Assembly (NCBI GenBank): GCA_017500855.1
Contig: JAFVYC010000003.1
Coordinates: 2,144 to 66,143, forward strand
Reading direction: 5' to 3'
Origin: Clostridia bacterium
Lineage (GTDB): Bacteria; Bacillota; Clostridia; Christensenellales; CAG-314
DNA length: 64,000 nucleotides
The first letter of the stretch is position 1. Every line of letters starts with the position of its first letter. Under the pieces are notes generated by a model. That model was not told the origin of the DNA, did not search any database, and saw only the letters and a list, made by a program, of their open reading frames with translations. Shown here one piece after another: positions 42,726 to 53,597 of the stretch. The position numbers and the translations under genes were made by a program.

Positions 42726-43496
42726 ATGAACAGCCCCAAAGACATTGCAAACAACTACATTTCCGTGGCAAAAAACAAGGTTGCCACACCCGTTGCCAAA
42801 ACTTTGGTTCTGGCATTTTTGGCAGGCGCATTCATTGCGCTGGCAGGCATTTCCTCCACAATGGCATCGTGGAAACTTGTTGACGGCTGGTCTACAGTGG
42901 TGAAAGGTTGCATTTTCCCACTTGGACTTGCGCTTGTTGTGCTGTGCGGAAGCGAACTGTTCACAGGCAATTGCTTGCTTGTTGCGCCACTGCTCAGCAA
43001 GGAAATTCCCCTTGGCAAAACTGCCAAAAACTTGGCGTTGGTGTACGTTGGCAATTTGGTTGGGTCGATTTTTGTTGCGCTACTAGTCAGCCTTTCCCTT
43101 GCAAACGCCGTGGACGGACTTGCCGAACACCTTGTTGCCGTTGCCACCGACAAAGCCAACTTGGGCTTTGGCAATGCGTTTGTGCTGGGCATTTTGTGCA
43201 ACATCCTTGTGTGCCTTGCAGTGTGGATGACAATGGCTTCCAACACAGCAGGGGGCAAAATTTTGGCGCTGTTTTTGCCGGTGGCGTGCTTTGTTATTTG
43301 TGGCTTTGAACACAGCGTGGCAAACATGTACTACCTGTTTGCAGGATTGTTTTGCCAAGGCATCCACAACGTGCAAGCAAACCTTGGATTGTTGGACGTG
43401 CTTGTTGGCAACCTGTTGCCCGTGACACTTGGAAACATGGTTGGCGGAATGGTGTTTGTTGCGCTCCCCTACTGGTTTGTTTACCTCAAAAAGTAG
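42726..43496 (+). CDS. formate/nitrite transporter (FNT) family channel
   Basis: AAAGGAG SD. Six-TM profile with FNT blocks GSELFTGN and GFEHSVANMY. Confidence 0.85.
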   Translation: MNSPKDIANNYISVAKNKVATPVAKTLVLAFLAGAFIALAGISSTMASWKLVDGWSTVVKGCIFPLGLALVVLCGSELFTGNCLLVAPLLSKEIPLGKTAKNLALVYVGNLVGSIFVALLVSLSLANAVDGLAEHLVAVATDKANLGFGNAFVLGILCNILVCLAVWMTMASNTAGGKILALFLPVACFVICGFEHSVANMYYLFAGLFCQGIHNVQANLGLLDVLVGNLLPVTLGNMVGGMVFVALPYWFVYLKK

Positions 43497-43610
43497 CACA
43501 CGTGGTGGCAAAAAACTTTGTGTAGCCCACTGTTGACACGCACATTGCTCCCTTGATTGGTTGGAAAACATGCAACCGGATTTCAACGAAAATTTGCAGG
43601 AGAAAATTCA

Positions 43611-44153
43611 ATGTGGTTTAGAAGAAATATTACCATTACCGTAGCTTGCGTCGTTACGGAATGTTTGTTAAGTTTAGCGCCCGCAATAGTCATTATCTAT
43701 CTGTTCTTTCTCCCAGACAAAATGACTGAAATATGGTCAACTTTGTTGATTGTGCCCTATCTTATATTGATACTAAATGTTGTTTTTGTTTTGATTTCGG
43801 CAATTGCGAATATATTTGTTGATACCAAATATTTTGTGGGCGAAACCAAAATAACTGTTTTGTCTAAAGATAAACGCACAGAGATATCCTACGGTGAAAT
43901 TTCCGCCATTGCCTATGATTTTGGGGATTTGTCCCTACGACACACAAAAGCGACACGATTGACATTGGTTGATAAAGAACATAAACAATTGTTATCCGTG
44001 AACAATCCACCAATTTTGATGGTTCACAAAATCAAAAAGAAATGTAAAAACATAAAGATGGATTACTATCACAGCAAAAGATTCCTATATTTAATGTCTA
44101 TAATCAACGGAACTATTCTTTTGATTTCGGTGTTGGCAAAATTATTTTTATAA
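43611..44153 (+). CDS. orphan membrane protein (TM helices at both ends, central beta-rich/bPH-like segment), AT-rich islet 1
   Basis: AGGAG SD before ATG 43611 (MWFRRNITITVACVVTECLL). Codon style switches to A/T-ending with frequent TTA/ATA. No motif recognised. Confidence 0.6.
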   Translation: MWFRRNITITVACVVTECLLSLAPAIVIIYLFFLPDKMTEIWSTLLIVPYLILILNVVFVLISAIANIFVDTKYFVGETKITVLSKDKRTEISYGEISAIAYDFGDLSLRHTKATRLTLVDKEHKQLLSVNNPPILMVHKIKKKCKNIKMDYYHSKRFLYLMSIINGTILLISVLAKLFL

Positions 44154-44281
44154 TTGTGAAAAAACAAAATCTTCTAGAAGCAGGTGCGTTTCAAAATGGT
44201 AAGTTCGTTTGCCACACACATAATTTTACTTGAAAAAACCTGCAATATTAAAAAATACAAAGGAGGTTCTACCGTACATTT

Positions 44282-44779
44282 ATGAGTAATCTAGTTGCTT
44301 TTTTAGTATATGATACAATGGAATACGAAGAAATGGTAGCAGTATCAAAAAGCATCACAAAGTATTGTTTGAACAAAGATATTGGCGCTATTTTCAATTT
44401 TCTTGGATATAGTGAAAAACTGATAACAGACTTGAACCCCAATTTTTACTTTTCAATTTCCGATGATTTTCTTCAACTAAACAGCGAATGGTTGAGTACT
44501 TCATCTATCGAAAATATTGCGGAAGAAGAAGGAAGGGTGGAATTTTGCGACAAGTTTTCCTTCTTGGAAGATATCTACGCAATACTGGATAGTTATGGGT
44601 TGCAATCCGTCAAATTGCTTGTGTCTTCGAGCGGAACCGAGTCGATTGAAGATTTTCTTTTGGTAGATGCGGGATTGGAATCAATAACCAATCTGCTGTA
44701 CAAAAGTATTATTGAAAACCACGCTACCTATGCCTATGGATTTACAGATATAATTATAAATCTAAAAAGCAATGTGTAG
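44282..44779 (+). CDS. orphan acidic cytoplasmic protein, AT-rich islet 1
   Basis: AAAGGAGG SD. MSNLVAFLVYDTMEYEEMVAVSK...; Asp/Glu-rich, no TM helix, no motif recognised. Confidence 0.6.
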   Translation: MSNLVAFLVYDTMEYEEMVAVSKSITKYCLNKDIGAIFNFLGYSEKLITDLNPNFYFSISDDFLQLNSEWLSTSSIENIAEEEGRVEFCDKFSFLEDIYAILDSYGLQSVKLLVSSSGTESIEDFLLVDAGLESITNLLYKSIIENHATYAYGFTDIIINLKSNV

Positions 44780-44985
44780 TTTATAAGCAAATGAGGCATT
44801 TGTTTGTTTTTGGCAAATTGCCGTGCAAATGCATTACAATATGCAACGCCAAAAACGGTGATTGTTGCGCAAAAACCCACCACGGGGTATACAATTCATC
44901 GTTCGGAAGAACACTTTTGCAACAAAGACGCTCGAGGTTCAAAGTCAAAGTTATTGAGCCAAATTTCAAACTAGAAGGTGTTACC

Positions 44986-45468
44986 ATGATAGAATTTGAG
45001 GGAATCCCATCTGGCAAATTGAGAAAACATATTATCAGTGCAAACAAAAAACTAGGCCTTATTAGTAGCCTTTTTGGTGTTATTGTTGCTTCAGCAATTA
45101 TCATCTACTTGACAATCAAGTTCAATCAACCCATAATTTTGCTTGGGGGATTTGTTTGGCTTGCGCTGTTCGTTGTTTTGATGGCCTTGCAGCCATTCAA
45201 AAAAGACGTTCCAAAACTTTTTGCAACAAAACTTACCATTTTTGAAGATGGCAAAATGATTGCTGTTGGCTACGACCAATCTTACCATAATTCTGTAGAG
45301 TTTGTAAAAAAAGTTCTGGATGTAGGGGATGGATATGTTTTTGAATTTATGTTCAAAGCTAGAAATCCATATTTCCATTGCCAAAAATCTCAAATCACAA
45401 AAGGCACAATAGAACAATTCGAGGAACTTTTCAAAGATAAGATTGTCCGTTTGGACAGCAATAGTTAG
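44986..45468 (+). CDS. orphan two-TM protein with a C-terminal beta-rich (bPH-like) domain, AT-rich islet 1
   Basis: GAAGGTG SD before ATG 44986 (MIEFEGIPSGKLRKHIISANKKLGLISSLFGVIVASAIIIYL). Confidence 0.6.
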   Translation: MIEFEGIPSGKLRKHIISANKKLGLISSLFGVIVASAIIIYLTIKFNQPIILLGGFVWLALFVVLMALQPFKKDVPKLFATKLTIFEDGKMIAVGYDQSYHNSVEFVKKVLDVGDGYVFEFMFKARNPYFHCQKSQITKGTIEQFEELFKDKIVRLDSNS

Positions 45469-45566
45469 CCATCGTTTGAAACTGTGGCATAATGGCAAAT
45501 AGAAAACAAAACACAAACGGCGGAAGGAAACTTTCGCTGTTTTTTTTGTTGGCAAAAAAGCAAAAA

Positions 45567-45585
45567 CCCCACCACGGGGTGGGGG
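45567..45585. repeat. GC-hairpin repeat copy at the right border of islet 1
   Basis: AAAAACCCCACCACGGGGTGGGGGATT. Confidence 0.65.
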
Positions 45586-45601
45586 ATTGGCAACACAAAA
45601 C

Positions 45602-45638
45602 AAAAAAAGTGGGGCATTGCGTTGTTGCAATGCTCCAC
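45602..45638 (-). terminator. intrinsic terminator of the ung-hydrolase-ABC-small-protein unit
   Basis: Minus strand reads GGAGCATTGC-AACAAC-GCAATGCCCC followed by T7, 16 nt after the stop at 45654. Confidence 0.7.
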
Positions 45639-45653
45639 TTGTTGTTGGTAGAA

Positions 45654-46052
45654 CTAGAGTTTGAGTTTTTTGGCAAGGTCTAGCAAAATTTTGGAAACTT
45701 CGTTGTCGTAGATGTTGCGACGAATGCGTTTTTTGAGATATTCCCTGTCCTCTTGGCTGAGTTCGGGACTGTCCATCCTTGCAAAAATTTGGGCAAGCTT
45801 TTGTTGGTCGCTCAAGGTTGAATCCAAAACGTCCTTGTGTTGCTCAACAAACAGCATGAATTCGTCCACTTCCTTTTGCACAATAAGTTTTTTCAAATTT
45901 TCCACCTGCTCGGCAGAGAGTTTTTTCGTGTTGTACTTTGCCAAAATTCTGTCGGCAATCATTGCAGAAGTGGCAAGCACGTCGCCAAGAATATCTCGGT
46001 GTTTTTTGTCGTAGTCGTCGAAAATTTCCAACACAAGTTGTTCGTAGTTCAT
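45654..46052 (-). CDS. 132-aa helical protein of unknown function downstream of the ABC transporter
   Basis: AAGGAGAAACC SD before ATG 46052 (MNYEQLVLEIFDDYDKKHRDILGD). Confidence 0.6.
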   Translation of the reverse strand: MNYEQLVLEIFDDYDKKHRDILGDVLATSAMIADRILAKYNTKKLSAEQVENLKKLIVQKEVDEFMLFVEQHKDVLDSTLSDQQKLAQIFARMDSPELSQEDREYLKKRIRRNIYDNEVSKILLDLAKKLKL

Positions 46053-46112
46053 GGGTTTCTCCTTGGTTTTGGTTGTGTTGCAAGCAAAGCGATGCAATTG
46101 TTTTTTTGCTTG

Positions 46113-49103
46113 CTACTCCGTGCGAAGTGCCACCACGGGGTCTTTTTTTGCTGCACTGCGAGATGGAATAATTCCGGCAATCAAGGTGAGCAACACACTG
46201 ATTGCAACCAAAATTCCCGCAACGGCAATTGGCAAAATTGCGTTGAGCGATTGAATGCCTGTGAGTGCGTGCAAAATCAGGTTGATGGGGATTGTGAGCA
46301 GGTACGTGAAGCCCACGCCAAATAATCCGGACACAAGCCCAATAATTACCGTTTCGGCATTGAACATTGTGGAAACGTTGCGTTTGGATGCGCCCAAAGC
46401 ACGCAAAATACCAATTTCCTTGGTGCGTTCTTGCACGGAAATGAGTGTGATGACGCCAATCATGATGGAAGAAACAATCAAGGAAATGGACACAAACGCA
46501 ACAAGCACGTAGGTGATGGCATCGATGATTGTTGTGACGCTACTCATGATCAATCCAACGTAGTCGTTGTACTTGATTTTGTCGGCATCGGAAAGGTCCT
46601 TGTTGTAGTTGGCAATGTCCTCTTCCACAACGTCCTTTGCCGAGAAGGAAACCGTGTACAGGCTGATTGCGCTTGGTGCGCCAATGTCCAAACAACCGAT
46701 TTTTACCAAATTGTCTTGATAGGTGCTGTCGGAGAAGGGCATCACGCTGTCGAAGTACTCAACGCATTGTTCGTCGGTGTAGGAAGCAAACGCCATGTCG
46801 ATGAACACCGTTTGTTCCTCCGGCGTCATTGCCATCAGTTGCCTTGTGATTGCGCCAAGTTTGGTTGCTTGCGCCATGCCGGGGGCAATTGTTGGAATAA
46901 TATCTTCCAACTGTTCGTCCGTCATTTTGTTGATGGCATCGGCAATTTGTTCGCTTGTTGCGCCACCACTGCTGGATTGAAGCGCTTGCACAAGCAGTTG
47001 TTTGAGTTGTTCCTTGGGCATTGCCTTCAAGTTTTGTTCCGTTTGGGCAATTTCCTCCGCAGTTGGAATGCTGGCAATGGTCGTGAACATTTCCACACGC
47101 TTTGCCGAACTTGCCGACGAAGTGTAGTCCTTGAACAAATCAACTTTTTGTTGATCCGTCAACTTGTTGTCCTTGAAGTACAACCCTGTGAACACGTCCA
47201 CGTTGGGGCTTTGCTTTTGCGCCATGGCAATGTCGCTGTTTTGTGATTGTTCAATAACGTAGTTTGTCAGCGCAGTTGTGTAGCAAATGGAACCGGAAAG
47301 CATTGGCGTTGTGCCGTTGTCCGCAGGGCGAATGATGCCAACAACCTTGAGATCCAAGCCAACGTTGCTGTCCTCGAACATGCGTTGCAATTCGCCATCC
47401 ACTTGGCGCTTGTCGTACCAACCGTCTCCAAGTGGGCTGTAGCACTCGTAGTTGAAAATTGTTTTGTACTGTTTGCTACAAATTTGTTGATACGTCCACA
47501 CCTTTTGCGTGGTTTGTGGCAAGGTTGCGCCACTTTGCGCAGCATCAATAATTTGGTCAATTTCCGCACGGGTTTTCAACCCCAATGCGTACAAAGTGAG
47601 GTCGTCGATTTCGTTGTTGCCGTCCACCACAAGCACCACTTCGTTGTAGGCATTGGGCCAATTTCCGTACACAACGTCGTACTGGCGCTTCAAAATGTCG
47701 TTGATAAGTCCACCGTCCTTGGCGGGCAAAAGTTCCTGCCACATAGACATGCTACCTGCGCTAGACATCATTGCCGACATCATTGAACTGCCCGTTGTGG
47801 TAATTGTGGACATGTCGATGCCGTAGAAACCGCCAAGCACGTCTGCCATGATTTCGCTTGTGTCGGACAGGATGACGTTGCCATCGCCGTTTTTGGTGTA
47901 GATTTGCAAATCCAAATTGTACGAGTAGTGAACACCGTTCAAACCCTTGTACATTTCACTGTGTTCATCGGCAAGTTGCTCTTCCAAGTGCTTTTTGTAG
48001 GACGCAAGGTCGTTTTGCGTGGTTTTGATGTTGCCAAGCGCATTGGTCAGGTTGTAGAGCGCCAACTTTTCGTACACGGCATCCTTGTCGTGCGGTTGTT
48101 GCGACTGCGCCGAATCGGAAAGGGATTGGAACATTCCGCTGATGTCGGTGTGCGATTGCTCCAACACCAACGGGTAGGAAGAAAGCGTGTCTTCCTGCAC
48201 CAAATCGATGTAGGTCGTCATGCCGTTGGAAACTGCAAAAATAAGGGCAATACCAATGATACCAATGCTACCTGCAAAACTTGTGAGGATTGTTCTGCCA
48301 AGCTTTGTGAACAGGTTTTTTAGCGAAAGCCCAAAGGAGGTTGCAAAGGACATGGACGGCTTTTTGACAGGCTTTTTGCTGGGCTCCACCGGTTGTTGCG
48401 CCAAATCTTGTTGCAATTGGCTGTCCGAGTAGGGGCAGGAATCTTCCGTGATGAGTCCGTCCAACATGCGCACGATGCGTGTGGAGTACTTTTCGGCAAG
48501 TTCCGGGTTGTGCGTTACCATGATAACAAGCCTGTCCTTGGAAATCTTTTTCAAAATATCCATTACTTGAACGCTTGTTTCCGTGTCCAATGCGCCTGTA
48601 GGTTCGTCGGCAAGAACAATTTCCGGATTGTTGACTATTGCACGGGCAATGGCTACACGTTGCATTTGTCCGCCACTCATTTGGTTGGGGCGCTTGTTGT
48701 ACATGCCTTGCAAACCAACTTCGTCCAACGCCTTTTTTGCACGCTTGTTGCGCTCTGCCTTGGAAATGCCGGAAAGAGCCAACGCCAACTCTACGTTTTG
48801 CAACGCAGTTTGGTGGGGAATGAGGTTGTAGGATTGGAACACGAAACCAATGGAGTGGTTGCGGTAGGTATCCCAATCACGGTCGTTGTAGCGCTTGGTG
48901 CTTTTGCCGTTGATGACAAGGTCGCCGTCGGTGTAGTTGTCCAACCCGCCAACAATGTTGAGCAAGGTGGTTTTTCCGCAACCGGATGGGCCCAAAATGG
49001 ACACAAAGTCGCTCTTGCGGAAATTCAACGAAACGCCTTTCAAAGCATCTACGGAAAGGTCGCCCATAACGTACTTCTTTTTGATGTTTTTTAGTTGTAG
49101 CAT
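46113..49103 (-). CDS. fused ABC transporter: N-terminal ATPase plus MacB/FtsX-type permease with a large extracytoplasmic region
   Basis: Walker [10 protein letters not shown], signature MSGGQMQR, Walker [12 protein letters not shown]. FtsX-like C-terminus ...[15 protein letters not shown]...[11 protein letters not shown]. Confidence 0.9.
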   Translation of the reverse strand: MLQLKNIKKKYVMGDLSVDALKGVSLNFRKSDFVSILGPSGCGKTTLLNIVGGLDNYTDGDLVINGKSTKRYNDRDWDTYRNHSIGFVFQSYNLIPHQTALQNVELALALSGISKAERNKRAKKALDEVGLQGMYNKRPNQMSGGQMQRVAIARAIVNNPEIVLADEPTGALDTETSVQVMDILKKISKDRLVIMVTHNPELAEKYSTRIVRMLDGLITEDSCPYSDSQLQQDLAQQPVEPSKKPVKKPSMSFATSFGLSLKNLFTKLGRTILTSFAGSIGIIGIALIFAVSNGMTTYIDLVQEDTLSSYPLVLEQSHTDISGMFQSLSDSAQSQQPHDKDAVYEKLALYNLTNALGNIKTTQNDLASYKKHLEEQLADEHSEMYKGLNGVHYSYNLDLQIYTKNGDGNVILSDTSEIMADVLGGFYGIDMSTITTTGSSMMSAMMSSAGSMSMWQELLPAKDGGLINDILKRQYDVVYGNWPNAYNEVVLVVDGNNEIDDLTLYALGLKTRAEIDQIIDAAQSGATLPQTTQKVWTYQQICSKQYKTIFNYECYSPLGDGWYDKRQVDGELQRMFEDSNVGLDLKVVGIIRPADNGTTPMLSGSICYTTALTNYVIEQSQNSDIAMAQKQSPNVDVFTGLYFKDNKLTDQQKVDLFKDYTSSASSAKRVEMFTTIASIPTAEEIAQTEQNLKAMPKEQLKQLLVQALQSSSGGATSEQIADAINKMTDEQLEDIIPTIAPGMAQATKLGAITRQLMAMTPEEQTVFIDMAFASYTDEQCVEYFDSVMPFSDSTYQDNLVKIGCLDIGAPSAISLYTVSFSAKDVVEEDIANYNKDLSDADKIKYNDYVGLIMSSVTTIIDAITYVLVAFVSISLIVSSIMIGVITLISVQERTKEIGILRALGASKRNVSTMFNAETVIIGLVSGLFGVGFTYLLTIPINLILHALTGIQSLNAILPIAVAGILVAISVLLTLIAGIIPSRSAAKKDPVVALRTE

Positions 49104-49115
49104 TTTTTCTCCTGA

Positions 49116-49916
49116 CTAGTTTGGTTTGGAAGCAATTTGCTTTTTGGGAATGGGTTTTGCAAGTTTTTTGTTGGAAAGGTACTCCACAATGTCTGTGATG
49201 ACAACGTGGTCTTTGCTACCAAGAAGCATGGCGTGGCCAATGTCGTGGTGCTTGATGTACAAATTGGTTGGTAGCAAATGGCGAAGGTAGTCGATGGACG
49301 CCTCCGGCACAAGTTCATCCAATTGCCCCCAAACAAGCAAGCAGGGGGTGGAAACTTTGTGCGTTTCTATTTGATGGTTGATTGTTTTGATAAGAGCAGC
49401 GAACACCTGGAAGGTGTGCACGCTGATGTTGGGAAGCATCCTTTTGAGGGCAATATCCATGGAAACACTTGCGTTGTACAAGTGCGGTTCCAGCGCCTTG
49501 CCCGTTGTGTTGAGCCTGTGAGCAACAGAGCCACGTTGGAAAAATGCATTCTTGAATTTGCCAATGTAGAACTTGAGTGTTGCCAGTGGCGAATTGAGGT
49601 TGAAGTACTTGTTGGCAGGCGCAACCAAAACAGCCTTGCGCACCTTGCGTTTGCTACAAACGTAAGTCGCCAACGCACCACCCATGCTAAAGCCAACAAT
49701 GTCTACCGCATCGTGTTTTTCGGCAAGTTTGTCGAAGGTGCGAAGCACAGCCCTTAGCGTGGCTTGAACTGTGAATTTGGAAAAATCCACCTTGCCGTCG
49801 TGACCGGGAATTTTGCACGCAACAACTTCGTCGTACCAACCAACGTAGTCGTACAGCCTGCCAAAATCTTCCGTGTCCGTCAAAAATCCGTGAATTGTCA
49901 TCAATGCTACCGACAT
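49116..49916 (-). CDS. alpha/beta hydrolase
   Basis: Start is ATG 49916, 1 nt after the ung stop (AGGGAG SD). Nucleophile elbow GFSMGG; HDIGH near the C-terminus. Confidence 0.75.
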   Translation of the reverse strand: MSVALMTIHGFLTDTEDFGRLYDYVGWYDEVVACKIPGHDGKVDFSKFTVQATLRAVLRTFDKLAEKHDAVDIVGFSMGGALATYVCSKRKVRKAVLVAPANKYFNLNSPLATLKFYIGKFKNAFFQRGSVAHRLNTTGKALEPHLYNASVSMDIALKRMLPNISVHTFQVFAALIKTINHQIETHKVSTPCLLVWGQLDELVPEASIDYLRHLLPTNLYIKHHDIGHAMLLGSKDHVVITDIVEYLSNKKLAKPIPKKQIASKPN

Positions 49917-49917
49917 A

Positions 49918-50580
49918 CTACCAGCAAATCTCCCTGTGTTGTTTTGCCAAAAACTCGTTGGCTTTGGAAAAATGTTTGCAACCAAAAAAGCCTTGGTAGG
50001 CGGAAAGTGGGCTTGGGTGTGGGGCGGTAAGCACCAAATGTTGGGGGTTGGTGACAAGCGACTTTTTTGCCAAAGCGTTGCGCCCCCACAACAAAAACAC
50101 CACTCCACGACGGCGATTGTTGAGCGCCTTGATGACTTCGTCGGTGAAAATTTCCCAACCTTTGCCCTTGTGCGAATTTGGCATGCCGTGTTGCACGGTA
50201 AGCACCGTGTTTAGCAAAAGCACGCCTTGCTTTGCCCAAACTGTCAAATCGCCACCTTCCACAATGGACGGTCTGCCCAAGTCAGTTTGAATTTCTTGAA
50301 AAATGTTGACCAAACTTTTTGGCGCAGGCACACCCTTTGGCACGGAAAAACTCATGCCCATGGCTTGGTGTGGATTGTAGTAGGGGTCTTGCCCCAAAAT
50401 CACCACGTTGACGTCGTCGAAAGCCGTGTGGTCGAATGCGCTCAGCATCAAACTTTTTGGTGGGTACACGGTGTGCGTGGCGTACTGCTCCACCAAAAAC
50501 TTTTTGAGTTGCACAAAGTAGGGTTTTTGAAATTCTTGCAGGAACAAACTGTCCCAGCCGTTGTAGGTGCGAATTGCCAT
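49918..50580 (-). CDS. ung: uracil-DNA glycosylase (family 1)
   Basis: GGAGGAAAAC SD before ATG 50580. Motifs VVILGQDPYYNPHQAMGMSFSV and HPSPLSA. Confidence 0.9.
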   Translation of the reverse strand: MAIRTYNGWDSLFLQEFQKPYFVQLKKFLVEQYATHTVYPPKSLMLSAFDHTAFDDVNVVILGQDPYYNPHQAMGMSFSVPKGVPAPKSLVNIFQEIQTDLGRPSIVEGGDLTVWAKQGVLLLNTVLTVQHGMPNSHKGKGWEIFTDEVIKALNNRRRGVVFLLWGRNALAKKSLVTNPQHLVLTAPHPSPLSAYQGFFGCKHFSKANEFLAKQHREICW

Positions 50581-51317
50581 GTTTTCCTCCAAAACACAAA
50601 ATACATGGTTTGTTATATTTTACTACACAGCCCACATCTAAACAAGCATTTGCACGCAAATTTTCCAAAATTTTGTTTTACGTTTGTTATTTTACAACAA
50701 AATAGTCAACTATAACTAAACAAAGCAAAACTTGCCAAAAAAAGACAAGATTTTTGCACATTTTTTAGCAAGAAAAGATGTGGGCAAAATTGAACGATTT
50801 TTGTGAAACTTTTGTCGTACCGAGCCATCGTTGAACTTGTTGAGTAACGCACTTTGCCACAAACGTTTGAAAAGCGCACACGATAACACGGCTTGCAACA
50901 AGTTGCCCCATTTTGCTTGAAAGCCTTGCGCAATGGCAAATTCTCAATTGGAAAAGTTGCGAAAATACCACTTCTACAACCGAACAAGGTGCGAAAAGGT
51001 TGACACAACGGCTGTGAAACACGTGAAACATTGGCAAACGGTTGCATTAGAATTGCAATTTGTTGCAAAATGGCGTTGCAAAAACAACAGACGGTATTGC
51101 TGAGCGGAATTAGAAATTAACCGTTGACAAAAGTTACACCTGCAAAAAAGTGGCAAATGGTTGCAAAAATGGTTGCGAAATGTCAAAAGCAACTGGGCGA
51201 TGAAAGGCTTTCGGCAACTGCTGAAAACCTTTTGCGCCGTTACTTCTACGTTGAGCAACCAACGGCAAGCAAACAAAATTCACCGACAAAACTTGCTCGA
51301 ATTTGCTTGCAATCAAC

Positions 51318-51344
51318 AAAAAAAGGGAAAACGATGGTTTTCCC
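51318..51344 (-). terminator. intrinsic terminator of galM
   Basis: Minus strand reads GGGAAAAC-CATC-GTTTTCCC followed by T7. Confidence 0.75.
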
Positions 51345-51381
51345 ATTGCGTTTTCCCTGTGTGACGTATTTGAACTAGAAA

Positions 51382-52389
51382 CTACTTCCTTGTGCTAAAC
51401 ACAAAAGTTGTTGTGCTGAAAAACTGTTGACCTGCCTTGAGAACGGAAGTTGGGTAGTCGGGGTGGTTGATGGCATCCGGGTAGGTTTGTGTTTCCAAAC
51501 AGAAACCTTCGAACTTGCCGTACACGTGCTTGCCCGTTGTGTTCAAGCCGTTTGCCGTGTAGAACTGCACGCCCTTTTGGTTTGTGAAAGCATCCAACTG
51601 AATTCCGCTGTTCGGTGCGTAGATTGTGGCAAAATGCTCCGTTTCCAAACAAAAGTTGTGGTCGTAGCCACCACGTGAGTTGGCAAGGTCGGGATGCTCG
51701 GCAAGGATGTCTTGACCAATTTGCTTTGGCGTGCGGAAGTCGAACGCCGTGCCATCGACAGCAACTTTGGCAACCGGCAGGGCAATTTCGTTGTTTTGCA
51801 AGTAGTGGTCGGCATTGATTTGCGCCACGTGTTGCAAAATTGTGCCGTTGCCTTCCCCTTCCAAATTGAAGTAGACGTGGTTGGTTGGGTTGAACAACGT
51901 CGTTTTGTTGCAAACGCCTGTGTACACAATTTTGAGACTGCCGTTTTCTGCCGTGTACTGCACGGTGTAGTCTAGTTTGCCGGGGTAGCCTTCTTCGCCA
52001 TCAAGACTTGTGCGGAAAAGCACCAACGTGTTGCCTTCCACACGGCTGTTGTACACTTTCTTGGCAAAGCCGTTGGCTCCACCGTGAATGTGCAAGTTGC
52101 CCTTGTTGAGCCCAAGTTGGTAGGTTGTGCCTTCCAAAGTAAATTTGCCGTTGGCAATGTGGTTTGCGCACCTGCCAACAACTGCGCCAAGGTAGCCCAT
52201 TTTGGAAAGGTCGGCGCACTCCGTCGTGCCCAAAACAACGTCCACGGGGTTGCCGTTTTTGTCGGGAACTACCAATTTTTGTATGCTAGCGCCAAGGGTG
52301 GAAATGTCCACGGAAATGTTTGTTCCCGTCAAGGTGTACACAAACACGTCTTCCCCTTGGTAGTTTTGCAAAAATCTTTTTGAAATCAT
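51382..52389 (-). CDS. galM: aldose 1-epimerase (galactose mutarotase)
   Basis: AAAGGAG SD before ATG 52389. Blocks NKGNLHIHGG, FNPTNHVYFNL, GFCLETQ. Confidence 0.85.
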   Translation of the reverse strand: MISKRFLQNYQGEDVFVYTLTGTNISVDISTLGASIQKLVVPDKNGNPVDVVLGTTECADLSKMGYLGAVVGRCANHIANGKFTLEGTTYQLGLNKGNLHIHGGANGFAKKVYNSRVEGNTLVLFRTSLDGEEGYPGKLDYTVQYTAENGSLKIVYTGVCNKTTLFNPTNHVYFNLEGEGNGTILQHVAQINADHYLQNNEIALPVAKVAVDGTAFDFRTPKQIGQDILAEHPDLANSRGGYDHNFCLETEHFATIYAPNSGIQLDAFTNQKGVQFYTANGLNTTGKHVYGKFEGFCLETQTYPDAINHPDYPTSVLKAGQQFFSTTTFVFSTRK

Positions 52390-52431
52390 GTTGCTCCTTT
52401 GCGCCACTTGGTGGCAAAAATGTGTGTTTTT

Positions 52432-52447
52432 GGCACCACGGGGTGCC
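52432..52447. repeat. GC-hairpin repeat copy between galE and galM (possible terminator)
   Basis: TTTTTGGCACCACGGGGTGCCTTTTTT. Confidence 0.6.
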
Positions 52448-52542
52448 TTTTTTGGATGGTTGGCAAAAATTTGGGTTTGCTAGCCATTGCGCAAGGCTAC
52501 CACTTGTTTTTTTGCCAAAAGTGCCCACCCGTGTGTGGAAAA

Positions 52543-53556
52543 CTAGCCTTCGAAACCGTTGGGGTTTTTGCTTTGCCAATTCCACAGGCTTTGGCACATT
52601 TCGTCAATGCCAAGGTGCGCTTGCCAATCCAACTGCTTGTTGGCTTTGGTGCAGTCGGCAAAACAACTTGCAATGTCGCCGGGCCTTCTTGCCACAATTT
52701 GGTAGGGGATGGGTTTTCCACAAGCACGCTCGAATGCGTGGATGACGTCCAACACCGAGTAGCCCTTGCCCGTGCCAAGGTTGAACACGTGCACGCCACT
52801 GGATTGCATTTTTTCCAACGCCTTGATGTGCCCCAACGCAAGGTCTACAACGTGGATGTAGTCTCTAACGCCCGTTCCGTCGGGAGTGGGGTAGTCGTTG
52901 CCCATCACACGCACGAATGGCAACTTGCCCGTTGCAACTTGCGCAATGTAGGGAGTGAGATTGTTGGGAACGCCCTTGGGATCTTCGCCAATAAGCCCCG
53001 ATTCGTGTGCGCCAACGGGGTTGAAGTAGCGAAGCAAAGTGATGTTCCAACTGTTGTCGGAAACGTACAAGTCTTGCAAAATGCCTTCTATCATCAACTT
53101 GGTTGCACCGTAGGGGTTTGTGGTGGAAAGTCGGCAAGTTTCGTCCAACGGAAGCCTTTCCGGGGTGCCGTACACCGTTGCGCTGGAAGAAAACACAATG
53201 GTTTTTACGCCAAATTTTTGCATTGTTTGAAGCAACACAATTGTGCCGTACACGTTGTTGTTGTAGTACTCCAACGGCATTGCAACACTTTCGCCGACGG
53301 CTTTCAAGCCTGCAAAGTGAATTACCGAGCCAATTTGGTTTTCTTCAAAAATTTGTTGCATCACGGCTTTGTTGCGAATGTCGGCATTGTAGCACTTGAC
53401 ACTTTTGCCTGTGATTTGCTCCACCCTTTGCAAACAAATTGGGCTACTGTTGGAAAAGTTGTCCACAACAATGGGATCGTAGCCACGAGAAATCAGTTCC
53501 ACCAATGTGTGACTGCCAATGTAGCCTGCGCCACCCGTTACCAAAATACTCTTCAT
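52543..53556 (-). CDS. galE: UDP-glucose 4-epimerase
   Basis: GGAGG SD before ATG 53556 ([17 protein letters not shown]). YGATKLM catalytic YxxxK; [15 protein letters not shown]. Confidence 0.92.
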   Translation of the reverse strand: MKSILVTGGAGYIGSHTLVELISRGYDPIVVDNFSNSSPICLQRVEQITGKSVKCYNADIRNKAVMQQIFEENQIGSVIHFAGLKAVGESVAMPLEYYNNNVYGTIVLLQTMQKFGVKTIVFSSSATVYGTPERLPLDETCRLSTTNPYGATKLMIEGILQDLYVSDNSWNITLLRYFNPVGAHESGLIGEDPKGVPNNLTPYIAQVATGKLPFVRVMGNDYPTPDGTGVRDYIHVVDLALGHIKALEKMQSSGVHVFNLGTGKGYSVLDVIHAFERACGKPIPYQIVARRPGDIASCFADCTKANKQLDWQAHLGIDEMCQSLWNWQSKNPNGFEG

Positions 53557-53597
53557 GTTGACCTCCGTGGGCAAAACGCCCAAAGTTTTGTGTTTAC

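Noticed and set aside
46127-46141. GC-hairpin repeat-like string GCCACCACGGGGTC inside the ABC transporter gene.
   Set aside because: It encodes the conserved FtsX C-terminal peptide (DPVVAL), lacks the second stem arm, and is in frame within a clearly intact CDS. The resemblance is coincidental.
51014-51030. parS site: GTGAAACACGTGAAACA here, and TTGTCCACGTGGAAAT at 53919-53934.
   Set aside because: The first is a direct repeat of the right parS half-site, not the TGTTNCACGTGAAACA palindrome. The second has four mismatches to consensus and lies inside rsmG coding sequence. No convincing parS is in the window.
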